DNA from: the human T2T-CHM13v2.0 reference genome, Homo sapiens
Reading direction: 5' to 3' (one strand)
DNA: 64,000 nt
NCBI RefSeq assembly: GCF_009914755.1
Contig: NC_060937.1
The notes under the pieces were generated by a model, which was given only the letters and a program-made list of their open reading frames with translations, was not told the origin of the DNA and searched no databases. The translations under genes and the position numbers were made by a program. Positions 56,501 through 64,000 of this stretch are shown here, in pieces (the first letter of the stretch is position 1; each line of letters begins with the position of its first letter).

Positions 56501-57477
56501 TCCTGTTTAATCCTGCACATAAGACCTGGTCTTAATCATCCAAAACTAGGAAAATCAGGCCTCCTAAACTTTTACCTACTGCACTTCCAATTCCCTCTAC
56601 ACATTCAACTTTCCTATACAGGAGCCTGTATAAATTTTACAGTGCACGGCTACAGCAGATTGTGTAACACAGAATGTACACGGTTCTTTTCTGAGTGTTA
56701 TTGTTAAAAACCCTGCCATGTGCATGAAGTGAGCTATTCGTCTATGGCAAGAATTGCCCACTGCCCCTGCAGCAGCCGCCAATGCCATAGGAGAAACAGT
56801 ATCGATGATTCTTCTGCACAAACACCTGAGATACAAAAAGTTCCAAGAATTGCGGGTGGACCCTTTCTTTTAAATTATGAAATGTTAGACCCTTTTTAGT
56901 TAAAACCCAGACCAGGAAGCACGAACAACTTGCTGAAGCCTCCCTGCCAGTCTGTGGAAGAACAGGGTCCTCAACTTCTCCCAGAACACTTTCCTCTCTG
57001 CTCCCCTTTGGTGACAATGAGATGGGTGGGACAGGGCAGGAGCAGAGACACCTGCAACTGTCACCTGGGGCCCCAGAGTGTCAACTTCCACAGTGAACCA
57101 CTAGCTCTTTATAAAACTCTCCTCGAAGGACATTAAACAGCATGCTAGCATGTCACAAGATTCAGTGAAGCCTGTGAGTCGATGAGGGTGTGCTCCATGG
57201 TTGGTCTTCCTTGCCAGCTGATGCCCAGGCCCTGCCTTCTCACCTCCCTGTCCCCAGCAGCCAGCAGCCTGCTGGTCAGGTCCTTAGTAAAGCTTATAGG
57301 TATTAAATTGAAGCGAAAACCCCATGTGGTTCATGCCATTTCTCACAGGCAGAAATGCTCAATAAAGTTTTCTAAAAGAGAACAAAGTTTTCTAAAACAG
57401 AACGAAGCTTTAGGACTGCGTGAGACCCAGAAGAAAAGAAAACCCTTTCCAGCCCACTTGGAGAGTGACGTTCCAAG

Positions 57478-57677
57478 CAGAGGTCAGTAAAGTAAGGCCA
57501 GATCTGGCTTGCCTGTCTCTGCAAATAAAGTTTTATTTGGGCACAGCCGTGCTCACGCATTTACATATGGCTGCTTTCACACCATAAGCAGAGTGGAGCA
57601 GCTGTGACAGAGACTGCATGGCAATGAACCTAAACTCTTTACTACCTGACCTTTCACAGAATGTTTGTTAATCCTTC
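57478..57677 (+). mobile_element. MER58A-like hAT-Charlie element
   Basis: aaataaagttttatttgggcacagcc...catatggctgctttcac...gagcagctgtgacagagac. Confidence 0.8.
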
Positions 57678-59915
57678 AAGGAGCACATGAACATGGCAAC
57701 CTTTACTAAGGAAGACAATGCGAAGAAAAACAGGCAAATTTGTCAGAAAAACACCATATATTTCCATCTGTGTGTTATACTGGGAAACTAATTGATATCC
57801 CTTTGAAAATTATCTGCAAGCTTACGTACTTTAGAAATGCAATACTATCTACTAAAAACCACACTATCCTGTTACAGACCCTACTGAAAAAGAGGACACA
57901 CATCACAAAATCATTTATGAAGCCAGCACACTTTTGGAATGAATTTCTCTTAGCTACCGCTATTCTATTTGATTTTTCATGCATAACACAAAAGTGCTCA
58001 ATAAATCTAATCATTGCTAAATACATCCTACACTAGCATTCTTCCTTTAACAGAAGTAAAGGTTTATATATGAGATCTACAACTCATTAAGGGTCCAAAT
58101 CTTTTCTCTTTCTTGGGTCATTTGAGAATGTGAATGTAAGCATTATGCTTCTGCCCTAAGAGTATTTGGGCCAAGTGATATAAGGTGCATTAAAATCGCA
58201 AATAGCCAATGAACGACGTAATTCTTTCCTCAGACTTAACACATGTTTATACGTATGGTTTTCTTACTAATCTAAAAAAATTTTATGTACACCATAACAA
58301 TGTTTATATTGTTTATATCAGAAATTATAAAACCTAATTATATTTTTGCTGCCAAATTAAGAGAATGTAGAATAATTATTTATTCACAATATATCCATCT
58401 CCAGATAGCCTGTTGTTATATATCATTTCAACTGGACCTTTTTTCTACTTTAAAAGCTTAAATAACTGTAGGTAAATCCCCCCTCCTCGGTCTATAACAT
58501 CTATGTGATATAGGATTTCAGCTTTGTCTCTCCAGGGACAAATCCATCTATCTAATTTAAAAGCCTCCTAAGAATCACCACGTAGCCTTTAACTGAGCCA
58601 TCTACTAGAGTCAAGGTTGAAGGGTCAAATCCTACTTAGTCACTGAAGCGCAGGCTCTCTTTGCAGAGATCAAAGTGCCCATTCTTCCTAATCGGCCATA
58701 TCAAAAACATCCTGCTCTTCCCTGGGAGCCTAGGAATGACTCCATGCCCCCATCTCTGTACTTTAAACTACATGCCATTCCCACGACTCTCAGGATACAG
58801 GTGTGAAAGGCGCTGTCGCCACACCAGAGCCGGGTCCCCAGGGCTAGCATCTAGGAACCACTTCTTACCAGCTGTGTAATCTCTACAGCTATGTCTCTAA
58901 GTCTGCTCCCTCTTATGAAGATGGGGGCACTACCTCTCCCACCCTGAATTCCCCAGTGGAGTCACAGGGAACCTGTCAAATGAGATTTCATGTATAAAAT
59001 ATATAAATAATTAATACCAAAAATGCGTATGTTCTTTCATTCATAAAGAAGCACATGCTACTAGCACAACTGGCATTTTGTGGTTGGCTTCCCTTTGCTT
59101 TGTGCACCTTCAAATAATGTATACATGTAACCACATGCTGTGTTCTCAACTACAGACTTCTTAAGACCAGGCAGCCCTGTGCTGCCAGGGAAAGACAGGC
59201 TCCTCCCACCCTTATGTTCTGGCTAATTTGTGGAGAGCCACAGTGGTGTCTCTTAGTGCATTTGTCATCACAGCTCTTCCTCGTTCAAAATTGTATTCGT
59301 GAATGATACCACGAACAACCACAACTGCAAGCAGCAAATAAACAACTGCCGAATGCACAAAAACAATGGCAAATTGCTCCTAAAATAAAATGAACAAACT
59401 TGTTTTAATTGGACAGAAGTGGAACAGAAGTAGAATTGTTTTTCTGGGGGTAACTCTAGGCCATTTAAAGCTGCAAAGAGTGCCTTTGCCTAGCTGCTTT
59501 CTTCATGTCCTGAGGACAGGACAAAATGCCCGGGAAGGGGCCTCACATGTCTACTACTCAGGCAGCTGCCCACAGAGAACATGAATCCCTTGCCACGTCA
59601 CACATGCCAAGCACACACAATGCATCATCAACAGGCTGGGCTCCGCCTGGTCCAGGCCACTGGGGGACAGCACTTCCCTTCTCTCTGCTCTATACAAAAA
59701 GGTGCCCTAAAATGCAGGCCGACATTTAAGTTCCTCTGCCACAAATGACAGAGATTTACATCTAACTAAAGCACTATTTATTGAAATTTCAGTAATGCAA
59801 AATGGAAAACGCCAAGCTACCAACTATATAAAGTTCATTTACTGGAGAAGCAAATAAAATAAGACAGCAGCAGCTGATCACCAGTCCTTGCCCAAGGATG
59901 TGGAGACAGAGGAAA

Positions 59916-61459
59916 TCCACATCTTTGGCTCCTCTTCCCCAACAAGCATGTAGATATCCCAGCCTCAACCACCCTGACTCCAACTCCCCACCAAGCATGT
60001 AGATATCCCAGCCTCATCCACCCTGACTCCAACTCCCCACCAAGCATGTAGATATCCCAGCCTCAACCACCCTGACTCCAACTCCCCACCAAGCATGTAG
60101 ATATCCCAGCCTCATCCACCTTGGATCCAACTCCCCACCAAGCATGTAGATATCCCAGCCTCATCCACCCTGACTCCAACTCCCCACCAAGCATGTAGAT
60201 ATCCCAGCCTCCTCCACCTTGGCTCCAACTCCCCACCAAGCATGTAGATATCCCAGCCTCATCCACTTTGGCTCCTCCTCCCCACCAAGCATGTAGATAT
60301 CCCAGCCTCAACCACCCTGACTCCGACTCCCCACCAAGCATGTAGATATCCCAGCCTCATCCACCCTGACTCCAACTCCCCACCAAGCATGTAGATATCC
60401 CAGCCTCATCCACCTTGGCTCCAACTCCCCACCAAGCATGTAGATATCCCAGCCTCATCCACCTTGGCTCCTCCTCCCCACCAAGCATGTAGATATCCCA
60501 GCCTCATCCACCCTGGCTCCGACTCCCCACCAAGCATGTAGATATCCCAGCCTCATCCACCCTGGCTCCGACTCCCCACCAAGCATGTAGATATCCCAGC
60601 CTCATCCACCCTGACTCCAACTCCCCACCAAGCATGTAGATATCCCAGCCTCATCCACCTTGGCTCCGACTCCCCACCAAGCATGTAGATATCCCAGCCT
60701 CAACCACCCTGACTCCGACTCCCCACCAAGCATGTAGATATCCCAGCCTCATCCACCCTGACTCCAACTCCCCACCAAACATGTAGATATCCCAGCCTCA
60801 TCCACCCTGGCTCCGACTCCCCACCAAGCATGTAGATATCCCAGCCTCATCCACCCTGACTCCAACTCCCCACCAAGCATGTAGATATCCCAGCCTCAAC
60901 CACCCTGACTCCGACTCCCCACCAAGCATGTAGATATCCCAGCCTCAACCACCCTGACTCCGACTCCCCACCAAGCATGTAGATATCCCAGCCTCATCCA
61001 CCCTGGCTCCGACTCCCCACCAAGCATGTAGATATCCCAGCCTCATCCACCCTGACTCCGACTCCCCACCAAGCATGTAGATATCCCAGCCTCATCCACC
61101 TTGGCTCCAACTCCCCACCAAGCATGTAGATATCCCAGCCTCATCCACCCTGGCTCCGACTCCCCACCAAGCATGTAGATATCCCAGCCTCATCCACCCT
61201 GACTCCAACTCCCCACCAAACATGTAGATATCCCAGCCTCATCCACCCTGGCTCCGACTCCCCACCAAGCATGTAGATATCCCAGCCTCATCCACCCTGA
61301 CTCCAACTCCCCACCAAGCATGTAGATATCCCAGCCTCATCCACCCTGGCTCCGACTCCCCACCAAGCATGTAGATATCCCAGCCTCATCCACCCTGACT
61401 CCAACTCCCCACCAAGCATGTAGATATCCCAGCCTCATCCACCTTGGCTCCGACTCCCC
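59916..61459. repeat. VNTR, 49-bp unit (caagcatgtagatatcccagcctcatccaccctgactccaactccccac) x ~31
   Basis: Unit starts at 59943, 59992 and so on; units are highly homogeneous with a few variant positions. Confidence 0.98.
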
Positions 61460-62355
61460 TGCATGTGACCCACTGGCACTGAAACAGTGCACAAGTCATA
61501 TTCAGTTACTGCACATGCCCTTTCAGCCAAAATGCCAAAGTGTCTATAAAGTTACTCAAAAACTTAAGTCTAAGCAGAGGAAACATACATTCTTTAGCCT
61601 CGGTAGAACCTAAAATGGCAAAGATCTTGTAGACATTTTCCAATGCTCATGGGCTGGGAGGAGCCTCACACACCAGAGGACCCAGATCTGCGAAATGCTT
61701 TGGTCAGGGACATGGAGGGAGGTTTGGATGAGTGGGCAGCCTAGAAACGTGGGCCCCAACTTCTCCTGGAGGGTCCAGCAGGGTGCCCTGAGTCACCAGC
61801 AGTTGGATTCAGAGTGAGGACAGGCCCCTTGCTCCTGCCTCTCAGGCCCAGGGACAGAGGCCAGAGGCTGTGCAGGTCAGTGTGCACCCTGGCTCCTGTC
61901 CAGGCGGGCCACACCGGGAATGTGGCCACAAACACGTCTTCTGCCCTCCCCTCCTGTCCAGCAAGGAGAAGGAGGTGTGGAAGGAGAAAATACCCAGCAA
62001 CATAAAGATTCCATTTCCCAAATTGCCAGAAGTTTGGAAAGGGGAGAACTGATCAATTAATGATAAAGAAAACATTTCCTACACGAAAAGGAAGTTGGAC
62101 TGTGTGGTGATTGACACAGTCACATTTCCTGGTTTCCCAAGGCTGTGCCTGAGTCCTTGAAGGCCTTTAAGAATGGATTCAAGAGAGATGTAACTTTCTA
62201 ACCACCTTGTTAGTAACCAAGGTGACAAAACTGAGGATCAAGCAGATGCGTACAGAATAGACAGTAGTTCTGTCCTGTGTGTTACAGACTTAATGCCTTC
62301 TCTTCCCAGAGAGCATCACGCAGTGATATTCCATTCTGGAAAATCAGCTCGACCA

Positions 62356-62664
62356 TTTTTCCTTTTTTTTTTTTTTTTTTTTTTGAGATGGAGTCTCGCT
62401 CTGTTGCCCAGGCTGGAGCGCAGTGGTGCAATCTCGGCTCGCTGCAACCTCCGCTTCACGGGTTCCAGCGATTCTCCTGCCTCAGCCTCCTAAGCAGCTG
62501 GGACTACAGGCATGCGCCACCACACCTAGCTAATTTTTCTATTTTTAGTAGAGATAGGGTTTCATCATATTGGCCAGGATGGTCTCAAACTCCTGATCTT
62601 GTAATCCACCAGCCTTGGTCTCCCAAAGTGCTGGGATCACAGGCGTGAGCCACCGTGCCTGGCC
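62356..62664 (-). mobile_element. AluS (intronic, sense to IRS2)
   Basis: Poly-T plus reverse-complement Alu; gaccattt flanks. Confidence 0.95.
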
Positions 62665-64000
62665 CAGTGTGACCATTTAAACATTTCTAGTTACATGATT
62701 TTGTAATATTCAATATATATGAAATTTCTAGAAAATAATTGTTATTTCCCTCATTTTGCTTAGAGAATGATGGACCATTTTACAAATTCTACTTGGAATA
62801 ACTAGCAACACAGTTCAAGCAGATAATTCAAGAATTAGGTCCTCTTTCACCATTAGTTTTCTACATATTTCAGGAAAACTAAGTCAAATGGAGCCTAAAT
62901 TCTGAAGATAGACCTAAATGCTCAACCACATTTTTAAAATTATGCAGGCTACAAATAACTGCACACAGTTGGCTGGAGCCCATTTATTAAACATGCACTT
63001 TCCTCACCAGCAGGCTAAGAGGACATCAGGGCACCCGTACACACCTAGCCCTCACCTTCCCCAAGCTCTTACGCCCTCAGCAAAACCCATGCCCTTGGCT
63101 CTTTCCTGTGAAGCCAGGATCTCTATGAAACAAATGGAATAATACATTGGAATAATACTTTTTCTGCACATTTTTTCTAACTTCTATAATTTTCATTTCC
63201 AAATTAGCTGAAGAGTGAAATTGATTTGTTTGATAAGCCGATGGTTAGCAGGTCCTAGTTAACCATAATGCACGGGGCATCCCGCCTCAAGGCAGAGTTC
63301 GAAATAAGCGGATTCAGCTTTTAGTCTGTCAGAGGGAAAGACCTTGTCTTTTTTTTTTTAAATGACGGCTGTGTGTTACCAGAAGATACAGAATCAGGCA
63401 GGAGCCAGGCTTGCCAGGACCACATCCTCTCTCTACAGACTGGGAAAGTTTCTCCAACAGCAGGAGCCAGGCTCAACGGCGGGGCAGGCATATACATGGC
63501 CTACCATCTTCAGGCCTCAGATTTTCCATTAAAAAACAGGGATAACAACAAGATCCAACCCTACGCATAGGTTATTGGGATTCAATACCATTTTTAAATG
63601 TCTTATGAATTATAAGGTACGCTACAAACGTTAAGTTTTCAGAATAAGGCATGTCATTCCATGATTACAAACTTGTGCTTTTGTTTTGCAGTTTATCCTG
63701 TAAGCACGTCCCAGTAGTTTCCCCAACCTCAATGGTACCTCAGCGTCTTCATTCCACTAGATCACTTCTAGGTCTTTTCAAATTTTATATACTTTTGAGG
63801 AAGAAATTCGAGTTGACGTATACTCTACCAAGTAACCACCACCACCCAGGGATACCACCACCATGATGATGGAATTGATGGCTACAGTATGAAAGTTTTT
63901 AAAAGCTCTGCATATTATTGTTCCCAAGGACTCTATCTCCCTCACACACTGTGACATGTGGGCTAACATCAGTAGCACGGCTGGCCGGGCTCAATTCCTC

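Noticed and set aside
59916-61459. CRISPR-like array or repeat-encoded protein (ORFs MLGGELESGW...)
   Set aside because: Units are contiguous with no unique spacers. The 49-bp period cycles the reading frame and hits TGA about every third unit. It is an ordinary minisatellite.

Overview
This is primate (almost certainly human) genomic DNA, not prokaryotic. It is rich in Alu, LTR12, MaLR and MER repeats and has no long protein-coding ORF. I recognise the minus-strand terminal exon of IRS2 (13q34). The splice acceptor is at 50845-50846, only 5 coding nt follow (G|AG TGA, the final Glu and stop of ...ATIVKE*), and the 3'UTR is about 2.5 kb, or about 3.6 kb to the distal poly(A) signal. 50845-64000 is the 3' part of the single large IRS2 intron and includes a 49-bp VNTR of about 31 copies. 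1-47200 is the downstream gene desert, holding a solo LTR12C-like element with TSD, nested transposons, two CpG/motif-rich putative enhancers and a possible small spliced lncRNA. Gene identity and repeat subfamilies come from recalled consensus sequences, not from a search. I found no convincing new multi-gene system. The best leads are: candidate cryptic IRS2 C-terminal splice variants, an alternative-polyadenylation/miRNA-site layout in the 3'UTR, a 61-bp templated copy of nearby DNA captured inside an Alu, the G-rich intronic VNTR, and a perfect 15-bp hairpin.
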